NCBI GenBank assembly: GCA_022844165.1
Contig: JALHMH010000016.1
Coordinates: 1 to 64,000 of the forward strand
Length of the DNA: 64,000 bases
DNA from: Lysobacterales bacterium
GTDB lineage: Bacteria; Pseudomonadota; Gammaproteobacteria; Xanthomonadales; SZUA-5
Direction of reading: 5' to 3'
The position numbers and the translations under genes were made by a program. Positions within the stretch are counted from its first letter, which is position 1. The number at the start of each line of letters is the position of its first letter. The notes below the pieces were generated by a model that saw nothing but the letters and a program-made list of their open reading frames with translations, had not been told where the DNA came from and made no database searches. Shown here in pieces: positions 8,733 through 18,495 of the stretch.

Positions 8733-9194
8733 TGAATCGGCGAAAGGCAGCACGGCGATGGACGGCCGGGCGGGTTCGGCCGCTGTCGCCGGATCGGCGG
8801 TAGCTTCGTTGCGAGTCTCCGAAAGCGCAGGCGTGGACACGTGTGGCGGTGACAGCACGAACTTGTCGACGGCAAAGTAAGTGAGTGCCAGCGCCAGCAC
8901 CCCGATGATCATGCGATCCATCCGCCGAGCGGTTTGCGGGGCGATGGACTCGGCATTCGCCACTTCACTGTCGCGCTTCAAACCCTCTGGCGTCAGCTCG
9001 AACACCCACGACACAACCAACGCCGGAACAAAGCCAATGGCAAGCAGAATGACAACTGTGCGCGCAACCCACTCGGGCGCGCCGAACATTGGCAGGATCG
9101 TGCCGGCCACCTGCACCACCAACCACGCGCCGACCAGATACAACCCGGCCATGCGGATGACGTTGCGGCGTCCAAGCTCGGCGAGGAGTTTCAT
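8733..9194 (-). pseudogene. Truncated membrane-anchored TolB-N/TPR family protein
   Basis: ELGRRNVIRMAGLYLVGAWLVVQV...WVFELTPEGLKRD...SIAVLPF; similarity ends there and the frame runs antisense into the esterase. Confidence 0.75.
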
Positions 9195-9552
9195 CGCAAC
9201 ATTCTCGTCATAGCAGGCGATCGGCAACGCGAGCGATTAAATCCATGCGCTCATGCAGGATCGCTACGACCAACGCGGGCGCGTTGTTGCGTGGCAAGCA
9301 GAAGATGTAGTGATGTTCGCAATGCAGCACACGCAGGCCAGGAAAGATGTCGGACTGGTCTTTGCCAACGGCGCTGCTGGCCGCGAGTTGTTCAATCCCG
9401 CGTTGTCACCCGCCAGGCCTCGTCCTCGACGGTGGCAGCGGGAGACAGTCGCTCAAGCGCTTGATGGTCTTGCCTTGCAGCGTAGCCATCGCTTTCAAAT
9501 TTTGTGTTGTTGATCGTCAATATCGATGGTCAGGCGGCTCATACGCGCTTTC

Positions 9553-10190
9553 ATGGCTGCGCTGTTCCCATGCCTGCCAGGTCGCAGCGCCGACCTGGAA
9601 TCGGCGGACAATCTGGCCTGGCTCGGTCGCTTGATCGCGCGTATGCACATCGTCGGCGCTCGATCGCGCTTTGAGCATCGGGCGACGTTGACACCTGCGC
9701 TCGCTCGCACGGCGCTCGATGCGGTGATCGGCGGCTTACTGTTGCCGGAGCATTTGGGCTCACGCGCTCGCGAGTACGGTTCGCAGCTCACGTCGCGCAT
9801 CGAAAAACTCTGGGCCGATGCTGGTTCCTGCGCCAGGCTGCGGTTGCACGGCGATTTACATCGCGGCAACTTGTTGTGGAACGAGGGTCCGTTGCTCGTC
9901 GACTTCGACGACGCAGTAAACGGACCTGCGGTGCAAGACCTGTGGATGCTGCTTCCCGTCGACGATGAAAGCGCCCTTGAGGCACTGCTCGAAGGCTACG
10001 AGACGTTCCGACCCTTCGACCGCAGCGAGTTGGCGCTCATCCCGGCGCTGCGCGCGATCCGTCGCCTGCATTTCGCCGGTTGGCTGTCGCAGCGATACGC
10101 CGATCCGGCTTTTCCCCGAGCCTTTCCGTACGCCGCAGGCGCACGCTTCTGGGAGGAGGAAGTGAACGACTGGCGCGAACTGTGCTCCAG
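9553..10190 (+). pseudogene. srkA: SrkA/RdoA Ser/Thr kinase fragment
   Basis: LRLHGDLHRGNLLW, VDFDD, GPAVQDLWMLL, DPAFPRAFP. The N-terminal lobe is absent and the C-terminus reads into unrelated sequence. Confidence 0.75.
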
Positions 10191-10473
10191 AAAGTTGCGA
10201 CCCAAGTTAGCACAAATGTGGGTTTGTGGGCCGATGGCCGATTTAAGGCGGTCACTCGCAGCGGCTTCACGTGCTGCGGTGCGCTTCTTTGAATTAGCGC
10301 TGCATTGGAGCTGGCGCCGGCCACCTCCGCCGCGGACGGACCCGCTCGCCCGCGTGACACCAGAGCAATGCGCTGCGCCCTAACACATCTTAATCCAGCA
10401 ACCGGGCAGTTTTCGATGTCCGGTCGGTACCATACCTCGGCCGCATGTCCGGCGCGGCGAATGAGGGGGCAAA

Positions 10474-11655
10474 ATGGTGCGATGCTGGTCTTGGATGACC
10501 ATCCTGCTGGCGCTGTGGCTCAGCGCCTGTGCGAGCGCGCCGGTGCAGGTATCGACTCCCACCGTCGTTCTCGAGCCGCCGCTGCCTGAGTTTGACGAGC
10601 CAGCCTTTGGCGAACCTGTGCCGGTTCCGCCGGTGGCGTCTCTGTTCACGCTCAGCGACGAGCAAGCAGCCGATTTTCTCCGTTACTTTCATGACACACG
10701 CCAAGCCAAGATTGCACCGCATCGGCGGATATTTACCTACTTGGCGCGGCGTTTGAGGAACTTCCGTTACGACGGGGCCACGCGCTCTGCCACCGAAGCG
10801 CTCGCTGCAAACGACGGCAATTGCCTCAGCCTGGCCCTGGTGACCACTTCGCTTGCGCGTCTCGCGAATATCGAGGTTGCCTACCAGCGCCTCAGCGACG
10901 AGCCGATTTTCCAGCGGCATAACAACGTCGTGTTGGTCGCCGATCACGTGCGTAGCCTGCTGTTCGATCCTGGTTATCAACCGACTCCCGGCGCGTTGGT
11001 ATTGCAGCGTCCGCACATCGCCATCGACTACTTTCCAGATCGACGAAGCAGGCCAGACGGTAAAGTCAGCGAAGCGACGCTGCAGTCGATGTTTTACGTT
11101 AACCTCGCTGGCGAAGCCATGGCGCTTAACGAAGACCGCAAGGCATTTTGGTTGCTCAGAGCCGCGCTCGATCACGACAAAGTCAATCTGGGCGCGCTCA
11201 ATTCGCTGGCGGTACTGCATCGCCGAGCCGGAAATTTGGCCGTTGCAGAGAAACTGTATCTGCACGCGTTGCAGCGCAATGGTGATCGCCTTGTCTTGCT
11301 CAGCAATTATCGCGCTCTGCTGTCGATGCAAGGGCGCAAACCGGAGATGGAAGCAATCGATCGGCGGCTGGCCGCAATTCCCATCCGCAACCCTTATGAC
11401 CATATCGCGCTGGGCAATGATGCATATCGCCAGGGCCGCCATTTACAAGCCCTGGAACACTACCGCGAGGCGCTCGCCGAGGCACCCTATCTACATGAAG
11501 CTTACTGGCGACAGGCAGTGGTGTATACCGCGATGGATGAGCCTGAAAAAGCCAAAAAACTACTGGCGGCTGCGGGAAGCGCAGCCGGCCAGAATCGCGA
11601 CAAACGCCTGTATCAGGCCAAGTTGCAGTCGCTGCTGCAAGCGACCATGCATTGA
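10474..11655 (+). CDS. Lipoprotein with transglutaminase-like and TPR regions
   Basis: Lipobox LSAC; GNCLSLA motif; C-terminal TPR helices. Confidence 0.75.
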   Translation: MVRCWSWMTILLALWLSACASAPVQVSTPTVVLEPPLPEFDEPAFGEPVPVPPVASLFTLSDEQAADFLRYFHDTRQAKIAPHRRIFTYLARRLRNFRYDGATRSATEALAANDGNCLSLALVTTSLARLANIEVAYQRLSDEPIFQRHNNVVLVADHVRSLLFDPGYQPTPGALVLQRPHIAIDYFPDRRSRPDGKVSEATLQSMFYVNLAGEAMALNEDRKAFWLLRAALDHDKVNLGALNSLAVLHRRAGNLAVAEKLYLHALQRNGDRLVLLSNYRALLSMQGRKPEMEAIDRRLAAIPIRNPYDHIALGNDAYRQGRHLQALEHYREALAEAPYLHEAYWRQAVVYTAMDEPEKAKKLLAAAGSAAGQNRDKRLYQAKLQSLLQATMH

Positions 11656-11682
11656 CGCCGATGCCAGCAGTGCCGGCGAGTA

Positions 11683-11724
11683 CTTGAGAAACGCACTGCA
11701 GGGCGTATGTTCCTCAACAAGGTG
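11683..11724 (-). repeat. Remnant end of the MITE at 18344
   Basis: CTTGAGAAACGCAC...GTTCCTCAACAAGGTG resembles the reverse complement of the first ~39 nt of 18344-18495. Confidence 0.55.
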
Positions 11725-11766
11725 CGGGAGCAATTGCGCCATCGCAATGAACAGGAGTTGCCCGGC

Positions 11767-12462
11767 ATGTCTATCGCCAGCACGGACCGCTTGATCTTCG
11801 CGTTAGATGTCGCTTCGCTTGCCGAAGCTCGCCTGTGGATTGATCGACTGGGCGACGCCGTCACGCACTATAAGATTGGGTTAGAACTCCTGGGATCTGG
11901 CGAGTACTTCACGGTGCTCGCAGAGCTCAAGTCACGCGACAAGCGTGTTTTCGCCGATCTCAAGCTGCACGATATTCCGGCCACCGTGGCGGGCGCAGTG
12001 TCATCGCTTGCGCAGCATGGCGCGGATTTGCTGACGGTGCACGCCTACGCCGATGCCATTGCGGCGGCGGCTCCGCACGCTGGCGCCACAAAGCTCCTGG
12101 CTGTGACGGTGCTGACCAGCATGAGCGATGCGGCGCTCGCCGCCAGTGGCGTTACCCTGGGAATGGCCGAGACCGTCGAGCGCCGTGCGGTGGGTGCATT
12201 CAACGCGGGTGCCAGTGGCGTTGTCTGTTCCGGTCTGGAGGCTGGGCGTCTGCGCGACGTCTTAGGCCATGACGCCCTGATCGTTTGTCCCGGCATTCGC
12301 AGCGAACCGGGTGGCGACGACCAGCAACGGACAGTAACCGTGGAACAAGCCTTCGAGCTGGGGGCCAGCCACATTGTGGTTGGCCGCCCAATCCGCCATG
12401 CGAACGACCCTAGAGCCGCTGCCGAGGCCATACAAACACGCATCGCAAACTTAAACGCTTGA
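11767..12462 (+). CDS. pyrF: Orotidine-5'-phosphate decarboxylase
   Basis: LIFALD; DLKLHDIPATV; VTVLTS; PGIR; VVGRPI. Confidence 0.97.
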   Translation: MSIASTDRLIFALDVASLAEARLWIDRLGDAVTHYKIGLELLGSGEYFTVLAELKSRDKRVFADLKLHDIPATVAGAVSSLAQHGADLLTVHAYADAIAAAAPHAGATKLLAVTVLTSMSDAALAASGVTLGMAETVERRAVGAFNAGASGVVCSGLEAGRLRDVLGHDALIVCPGIRSEPGGDDQQRTVTVEQAFELGASHIVVGRPIRHANDPRAAAEAIQTRIANLNA

Positions 12463-12488
12463 CTTAAGAATGTGCGCTAACCTATTAT
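12459..12488 (+). promoter_or_regulatory. Sigma70-like promoter
   Basis: TTGACT-N18-TATTAT overlapping the pyrF stop. Confidence 0.55.
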
Positions 12489-12493
12489 CTCTA

Positions 12494-12597
12494 CACAAGT
12501 TGTTGTGACGATTACAGCCAGCGCAGGAAGCGCATAAAAATAAGGCCCCTTCGAGAGGCCGTTGATTCTAAGGCGGATGCTCTCCGCCTTTTTCTTT
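12494..12597 (+). ncRNA. Candidate small RNA or attenuator leader
   Basis: Lies between a promoter and an intrinsic terminator; no ORF; hairpins GCGC-AGGAA-GCGC and GGCC..GGCC. Confidence 0.45.
12570..12597 (+). terminator. Rho-independent terminator
   Basis: AAGGCGGA-TGCTC-TCCGCCTT followed by TTTCTTT. Confidence 0.8.
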
Positions 12598-12632
12598 GCC
12601 TGAAATTTGCCCGTCCACCCGACTGACTTGCA

Positions 12633-13253
12633 ATGGAACCACTCACCCAGTTCGCGTTGGCCGCAGGACTTGCCTGGGCCAGCGGTATTCGTGTGTACCT
12701 GGTCGCATTTGCGCTGGGCATGGCACAAAAACAGGGTCTGATCGCACTGCCTGGTGACCTGTCCCTTTTGAGCCATGATCTGGTACTGTGGGCCTCGGGT
12801 GTGATGCTCGTTGGCGAGTTTGTCGCAGACAAAGTCGCATGGTTCGACTCACTGTGGGACGCTGCACACACGTTCATTCGATTGCCGGGCGGCGTGTTGC
12901 TGGCAGCTTGGGCGCTGGGCGATCAAGGCCCCGGCGCACAGCTGGCGGCCGCTTTGATCGGCGGCACAATCGTCTCGGGCACACATTTGCTGAAAGCCGG
13001 CAGCCGTATTGCGATCAATCACTCACCCGAGCCCTTTTCCAATATCGGCGCGAGCCTGGGCGAGGATGTTGCGGTGCTCGGAGGGCTCTGGTTGCTCTAC
13101 GAGCATCCGCTGCTTTTCCTCGCGCTACTGGCGCTGTTCATGGCACTTGTGATCTGGCTGGCGCCGAAGTTGTGGCGTCTGCTGCACGGCGCGTGGCGAA
13201 TCACGATCGGGCGTTTACGAAGTACCGAACCCCGAAAAGGCGATGTTTCGTAG
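12633..13253 (+). CDS. DUF4126 membrane protein
   Basis: GLAWASGIRVY...EFVADKV..FDSLWD..HTFIR...SPEPFSNI.ASLGED. Confidence 0.85.
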   Translation: MEPLTQFALAAGLAWASGIRVYLVAFALGMAQKQGLIALPGDLSLLSHDLVLWASGVMLVGEFVADKVAWFDSLWDAAHTFIRLPGGVLLAAWALGDQGPGAQLAAALIGGTIVSGTHLLKAGSRIAINHSPEPFSNIGASLGEDVAVLGGLWLLYEHPLLFLALLALFMALVIWLAPKLWRLLHGAWRITIGRLRSTEPRKGDVS

Positions 13254-13346
13254 CAACTGCTGGCGAAGCCTCACCTCAGACCGCCGAACTGCGCCAAGCG
13301 ACGACGAACAACCCAACCAACAGTGCGCAAGGCGTGGTCATCCTCC

Positions 13347-13591
13347 GTAGAGACCTTGACGGAGTCTGATCTTGACAAATGAGTCAAATTTTCTACGAAG
13401 CGGCATTGGCTGTTGAAGCCCCCTTGAGTCAAGAGGGGTGAGGATCGGCGCTTACACGCCGCAAGGCGTGTGCCGAGCCGAACGACCGGCGGCTGTGCCG
13501 CCGGGCCGGAAATGCGAAGCGCGGGGTTGTGGCGAGTACGCTGGCGAACGAAGCCAACAATGCTCGGCGGTCTGAGGCGAAGCCTCGCCAG
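13347..13591 (+). repeat. ~245-bp structured repeat, copy 2
   Basis: GTAGAGACCTTGACGG...TGAGGCGAAGCCTCGCCAG; an inverted right end precedes it at 13260-13287. Confidence 0.92.
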
Positions 13592-13615
13592 GAGATTTGT
13601 GACATCGCACTTGCA

Positions 13616-14068
13616 CTACGTACGTGTCGCCAGGTAGTTCTGCACATAGAGCGCGCTCGGCAGGCGCCGGATGGCTTCGCCAACCACGTGCAGCGGCACC
13701 TGTTCGGCGCTCTTAAAGCGAACACAGCTCTTGCCCATGTCGAGTTTGAAACCCGCTGCCTTCCATGCGGATTCGAACCAATCGGTCCACGCGGGCGTTG
13801 CGCAGCCGGCGCCGCACAAATACAGCGAAAGATGACTCTTTTGCGCAGCGAGCGCCGCATACGGTAACGGCTGTTTTGGATCGCAGTGATAACCCGCTGC
13901 GAATACTCGATGCGGCACGAAGTATCCGATCATCCCGTACTGCATGCCCTCTTCGATGCCAGCGTCGATGTTGGCCAGGATCACCTCACGCAGGGCTTGC
14001 AGGCTTGCGGCGCGATCGGGCGCCTGCTGCGCAAGATACTCGACGACTGTGCTTGCTTTGGATTGCAT
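13616..14068 (-). CDS. DUF1801 (YdhG-like) protein
   Basis: EEGMQYGMIGY.VP..GYHCDPKQPLP...LDMGKSCVRF. Confidence 0.85.
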   Translation of the reverse strand: MQSKASTVVEYLAQQAPDRAASLQALREVILANIDAGIEEGMQYGMIGYFVPHRVFAAGYHCDPKQPLPYAALAAQKSHLSLYLCGAGCATPAWTDWFESAWKAAGFKLDMGKSCVRFKSAEQVPLHVVGEAIRRLPSALYVQNYLATRT

Positions 14069-14268
14069 GCTCGGGTTCCTGTGCGAATTGCATCGTTAGG
14101 AAAGTCGTCGATTTCCGACGGATCTCTGGGTTGCTTCTGCCATACGTTAAACCAAAATGCTGTGCGCGGGGAACGGTGACTCATGACATCGCCGGAACCC
14201 ACTTGCGAGCATGAAAGAGAACGCGGACACTTCCGGTCAATCGAAACGGCCACGCCTGGAGAAAACGG

Positions 14269-16044
14269 ATGAGCGCGACAAGCGAAACAGTGTCTGTCAC
14301 TTTGAACCAGGCGATGCGCAAGGACCAGAGCGTGGCCAAGAACTTGTTTTTCGGCGAAATCGTCGAGGAAAACCTGTTCCCGTATCCGCCGCTACGCGAC
14401 AAAGACCGCGAAGTACTCGGCATGATGACCGAGGCCATCGACGACTTTCTCAGTCCGCTCAAGCACGATCTCAAGACATGGGATAAAGAGGCCCACCAGC
14501 CCGCGGATTTCATCCAGTCGCTGCGCGACATGGGATTGTTCGGGCTGATCATTCCGGAAGAGCACGGTGGGCTCGGATTGTCGAATGCTGGATACGCCCG
14601 CGTTCTGAGCCAGTCGTCGCGCCACGACTCGTCTGTCTCCTTGACGATTGGCGCGCACAGTTCCATCGGCATGAAGGGTATCTTGTTATCCGGAAACGAT
14701 GAGCAGAAGGCGCGCTATCTGCCGCGTCTGGCCAGCGGCGAATTGATCGCCGCGTTTTGCCTGACGGAATCTGGCGCCGGCTCGGATGCTGCATCGATCC
14801 GCACCACGGCCAAAAAGAATGCCGACGGCAGCTTTACGCTCAATGGCGAAAAGATCTGGATCACCAATGGTGGCATTGCCGGCTTGTACACGGTGTTCGC
14901 ACGCACCGACTCCCCTGACGGAAAAATGACGGCGTTTATCGTCGAGGCCGGTTGGCCAGGGGTCAGTCATGGTCCGCACGAAGACAAGATGGGCATCCGC
15001 GCATCGTCCACAACGACCGTCGTGTTTGAAGACGTGCGCGTGCCACCGGAAAACGTGCTTGGCGATGAAGGTAAAGGGTTCAAGGTGGCGATGGGCATTT
15101 TGAACAATGGCCGCACCGGATTGGGCGGCGGCGCGGTCGGTGGCATGAAAACGCTGATTCAATTGGCAACCGCGCAGGCCAAGGATCGTAAGCAGTTCGG
15201 GCGATCGATCGCCGAGTTTGGTTTGATACGCGAGAAACTCTCGCAGATGATGATCGACTGTTTCGCCGCCGAAAGCGCTGTCTGGATGGTCGCCCACTAC
15301 ATCGATTCTGGCGTCGACGACTATTCGGTGGAGGCGGCAATCAGCAAAGTATTCGCCTCCGAAGCGATCCAGCGAACTGCGCATGAAGCGCTGCAAATCG
15401 CAGCCGGCAACGGTTTCATGCGTGAATTTCCATACGAGCAGGTCACTCGCGATAGCCGTATCCTGAGCATTTTTGAAGGTACCAACGAGATCCTGCGTCT
15501 GTACATTGCACTGTCTGGAATGAAGGACGTCGGATCGAGTCTCAGCGAGTTGAAGAATGCCGTGGGCGATATCTTCAACAATCCGATCAAGGGCTTTGGC
15601 GTGTTGTCCAGCTACGCCAGTCGCCGCATTCGCGAGACCACAGGATTTGGCACAGACAAAATCATCAGCGAACTGCACCCCAAGCTCAAGCAGTGCGCTG
15701 AAGTCTACGAAAAGTATGCCGTGGAATTGAGCAAAGCCGCAGACGGTCTGCTGCGAATGCACGGCAAGGGAATTGCCGATGAGCAATATCAGCTCAAACG
15801 CATCGGCGACATCACCATCGATTTGTTCATTGGCCTATGCACGTTGTCGCGCGCAGATCACCTGCATCGGACCGACAGCAAAAATGGCGCGCAGGCCGTG
15901 AGCATTTGCGATGCGTTCACGCAGCAGGCGAAACGCCGCATGGCCGGCAATATTCGCGGACTTCTCAAAAACGAAGACAAAGAGCGCGATGCCCTTGCGG
16001 CCTTCGTACTGGAACAGGGCGTGTATCCATGGGATGTGATTTGA
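14269..16044 (+). CDS. Acyl-CoA dehydrogenase (VLCAD/ACAD9-like)
   Basis: FCLTESGAGSDA; GEKIWITNG; KMGIRAS; RKQFG; IFEGTNEI; C-terminal extension. Confidence 0.93.
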   Translation: MSATSETVSVTLNQAMRKDQSVAKNLFFGEIVEENLFPYPPLRDKDREVLGMMTEAIDDFLSPLKHDLKTWDKEAHQPADFIQSLRDMGLFGLIIPEEHGGLGLSNAGYARVLSQSSRHDSSVSLTIGAHSSIGMKGILLSGNDEQKARYLPRLASGELIAAFCLTESGAGSDAASIRTTAKKNADGSFTLNGEKIWITNGGIAGLYTVFARTDSPDGKMTAFIVEAGWPGVSHGPHEDKMGIRASSTTTVVFEDVRVPPENVLGDEGKGFKVAMGILNNGRTGLGGGAVGGMKTLIQLATAQAKDRKQFGRSIAEFGLIREKLSQMMIDCFAAESAVWMVAHYIDSGVDDYSVEAAISKVFASEAIQRTAHEALQIAAGNGFMREFPYEQVTRDSRILSIFEGTNEILRLYIALSGMKDVGSSLSELKNAVGDIFNNPIKGFGVLSSYASRRIRETTGFGTDKIISELHPKLKQCAEVYEKYAVELSKAADGLLRMHGKGIADEQYQLKRIGDITIDLFIGLCTLSRADHLHRTDSKNGAQAVSICDAFTQQAKRRMAGNIRGLLKNEDKERDALAAFVLEQGVYPWDVI

Positions 16045-16091
16045 TCAGCGCGCACGGCAACGTGGCTGCCGTACGTAGCGACGGCCGATGC

Positions 16092-17081
16092 TCAAGCAAG
16101 CATACGCAACAACGCGCGCCGTGCGCCGTCCATCACCGTTGGATCGATTTCAACGACTGGGGTCAGCGAGCGTAGACATTGTTCGATCTTGGGCAGCGTA
16201 ATGCGACGCATATGTGGGCATAGATTGCAGGGCCGCGTGAACTCGACGTTCGGCAGTTCCACCGCCAGGTTGTCGGCCATCGAACACTCGGTAATCAGCA
16301 ACACGCGCGTTGCGCCGCTACTGCGAATATCGCCGGACATCGCAGCGGTCGATCCGACAAAATCTGCTTGCGCGAGCACATCGGGCGGGCACTCGGGATG
16401 TGCCAGCACGCGAATACCTGGCGCGCGATAGCTTCGGATTTGCGCGCCGGTGAAACGCTCGTGAACTTCGCAGGCGCCGTGCCAGAGCACGAGCTTCTTG
16501 TCGGTCTTTCCGGCCACATGCGCGCCCAGATATCGATCAGGCAAAAAAATGACGGTGTCGCTGTTTTGCGCGTTGACGATCTCGACCGCATTGGCCGACG
16601 TGCAGCACACGTCCGACGCGGCTTTGACCGCAGCGGACGTATTGACGTAGGTCACCACGGGCGCGCCTGGGTAACGCTCGCGTAGAAGTTTTATATCGCG
16701 CGGCGAGATCGATTCGGACAACGAGCAGCCGGCCGCCAGATCGGGAATCAGCACGGTCTTGGTCGGATTCAAGATTTTCGCCGTCTCGGCCATGAAATGT
16801 ACGCCGCACATGACGATCACGTCGGCATCCACATTCATGGCCAGTCGCGCCAGTGCCAACGAGTCGCCCGTAATGTCGGCAACCGTATTGAAGATCTCGG
16901 GCGCCTGGTAGTTGTGCGCAAGAACGATCGCATTGCGTTCTCGCTTAAGCCTGCGAATCGCATCAATCGACGGCAAGTAAAGTTGCCAGTCGAGTGGCGA
17001 AATACGGTGTTGTACGCGTTCGTACAGCGGCGCGTAATGACTCGCGAGGTCAGTGTCGTCGGGGGTTTCGATACGGTCCAT
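16092..17081 (-). CDS. nadA: Quinolinate synthase A
   Basis: LAHNYQ; GDSLAL; CGVHFMAETAK; YVNTSA; HPEC; CPHM. Confidence 0.96.
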   Translation of the reverse strand: MDRIETPDDTDLASHYAPLYERVQHRISPLDWQLYLPSIDAIRRLKRERNAIVLAHNYQAPEIFNTVADITGDSLALARLAMNVDADVIVMCGVHFMAETAKILNPTKTVLIPDLAAGCSLSESISPRDIKLLRERYPGAPVVTYVNTSAAVKAASDVCCTSANAVEIVNAQNSDTVIFLPDRYLGAHVAGKTDKKLVLWHGACEVHERFTGAQIRSYRAPGIRVLAHPECPPDVLAQADFVGSTAAMSGDIRSSGATRVLLITECSMADNLAVELPNVEFTRPCNLCPHMRRITLPKIEQCLRSLTPVVEIDPTVMDGARRALLRMLA

Positions 17082-17110
17082 AGTGTCGCGCTTTCTGCGT
17101 GCGTGGAGAA

Positions 17111-17131
17111 TTATGCTACTTATGAGCATAA
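17111..17131. promoter_or_regulatory. NadQ-type operator overlapping the nadA promoter
   Basis: Palindrome TTATGCTACTTATGAGCATAA 30 bp upstream of the nadA ATG; minus-strand TTGACT at 17135-17140. Confidence 0.7.
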
Positions 17132-17221
17132 ATAAGTCAAATGACGCGTTGGCATTGCTGCATTGCTATCGGCGTCGGTGACCGCTATTAAGCGCAGTAT
17201 TGTGACTCGCGGGCTGCGCTT

Positions 17222-18091
17222 TTGAACGTTTACGCTGTCGGAGATGTGCAGGGTTGTTACGACTCGCTGCAGCGCCTGATCGAACGGCTGGCGTTCGATC
17301 CTGCCCGGGATCGCCTGTGGTTCACGGGCGATCTGGTCAATCGTGGTGGTCAATCGCTGGAGACGTTGCGATATATCAAGGGGCTGGGAGACGCAGCCGT
17401 TGCGGTACTGGGCAATCACGACTTGCATTTGGTGGCGGAGAGCGTAAAGCAGCTGGAACGTCGGCAAAAGAATGCCGATTTGAAACGGGTACTGGAGGCA
17501 CCGGATGGCGAGGAACTGGTGGCCTGGCTTCGCCATCGTCCCTTGTTGCATCATGATCCACAATTGCGCTTTGTGATGGTTCACGCGGGCCTCTCTCCGC
17601 AGTGGACGCTGGAACGCGCCAAGGGCGAGGCAGACCGTGTCGAGCGCGAGTTGCGCGATAAGGACTTCAAGAACATCCTGTTGCGCATGTATGGTGACAA
17701 ACCGCGCGGTTGGAGCCGTCGCCTGAAGGGCCTGGATCGCACCCGCGCGACGATCAACGTGTTCACGCGGATGCGTTTTTGCGACACCCAGGGCCAGCTG
17801 CATTTCGATGCTAAAGGCGCGCCAGGCACGCAGCCGGCCGGCTATTACCCTTGGTTCGAAGTTCCAGGGCACAAACCACGCGAGGTTCGCGTTGTCACCG
17901 GGCACTGGTCGGCGCTCGGGCGCTTCGAAGGCATGGGCGTGTACGGCACTGATACCGGTTGCGTGTGGGGCGGAGCACTCACTGCGCTCAAACTTGGCCC
18001 ACAGCCGGAGTTCATTTCGGTACCAAGTGTGGGACTTGGCAATCACGACCAGGATCGCGATTGCGCCGACGAAATGGGGGATCGGGACTAG
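17222..18091 (+). CDS. apaH: Symmetrical diadenosine tetraphosphatase
   Basis: GDVQGC; GDLVNRG; GNHDLH; HAG; TRMRF; GHWSALG; DTGCVWGG. Confidence 0.95.
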   Translation: MNVYAVGDVQGCYDSLQRLIERLAFDPARDRLWFTGDLVNRGGQSLETLRYIKGLGDAAVAVLGNHDLHLVAESVKQLERRQKNADLKRVLEAPDGEELVAWLRHRPLLHHDPQLRFVMVHAGLSPQWTLERAKGEADRVERELRDKDFKNILLRMYGDKPRGWSRRLKGLDRTRATINVFTRMRFCDTQGQLHFDAKGAPGTQPAGYYPWFEVPGHKPREVRVVTGHWSALGRFEGMGVYGTDTGCVWGGALTALKLGPQPEFISVPSVGLGNHDQDRDCADEMGDRD

Positions 18092-18343
18092 AGTCCTTGA
18101 CGGAGCCGGATCTGTACATTTGAGTCAAATTTTCTGCGCAGCGGCTTTGGCAGTTGAAGCCCCCTTGAGTACAAGGGGGGTGAGGATCGGCGCTTACACG
18201 CCGCGAGGCGTGTGCCGAGCCGAACGACCGGCGGCTGTGCCGCCGGGCCGGAAATGAGCGCGCAGCGCTCAATGGGGGTTTTGGCAAGTACGGTGTCTGG
18301 CGAAGCCAACAATGCTCGGCGGTCTGAGGCGAAGCCTCGCTAG
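18088..18343 (+). repeat. ~245-bp structured repeat, copy 3
   Basis: CTAG at both ends; the left CTAG contains the apaH stop codon. Confidence 0.93.
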
Positions 18344-18495
18344 CACATTGTTGAGAAACGCACTTCCTGTGCGTTTCTCAAGTCGCGAGTCCGGCACATG
18401 TCCGGACTCGCTCTCCATGGATCAAGCACTTAAGTGCTCGACCCATGTGCGAACCATCTATGGTTCGCGCCCGCCGGCTGTTTCTCAACAGCCTG
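18344..18495. mobile_element. 152-bp MITE with imperfect TIRs
   Basis: CACATTGTTGAGAAAC ... GTTTCTCAACAGCCTG; flanked by CTAG and CCAG; four internal hairpins. Confidence 0.7.

Noticed and set aside
8241-9227. 328-aa ORF as an intact gene
   Set aside because: Family similarity stops at SIAVLPF; the rest is antisense to the esterase.
10377-10440. CCCTAAC as an attC inverse core
   Set aside because: No matching GTTRRRY or paired L boxes downstream.
13347-13591. Repeat as tRNA, riboswitch or group II intron remnant
   Set aside because: No cloverleaf or TTCGA/CCA features, no GTGCG start or domain V seen; copies occur in both orientations at 3' ends.
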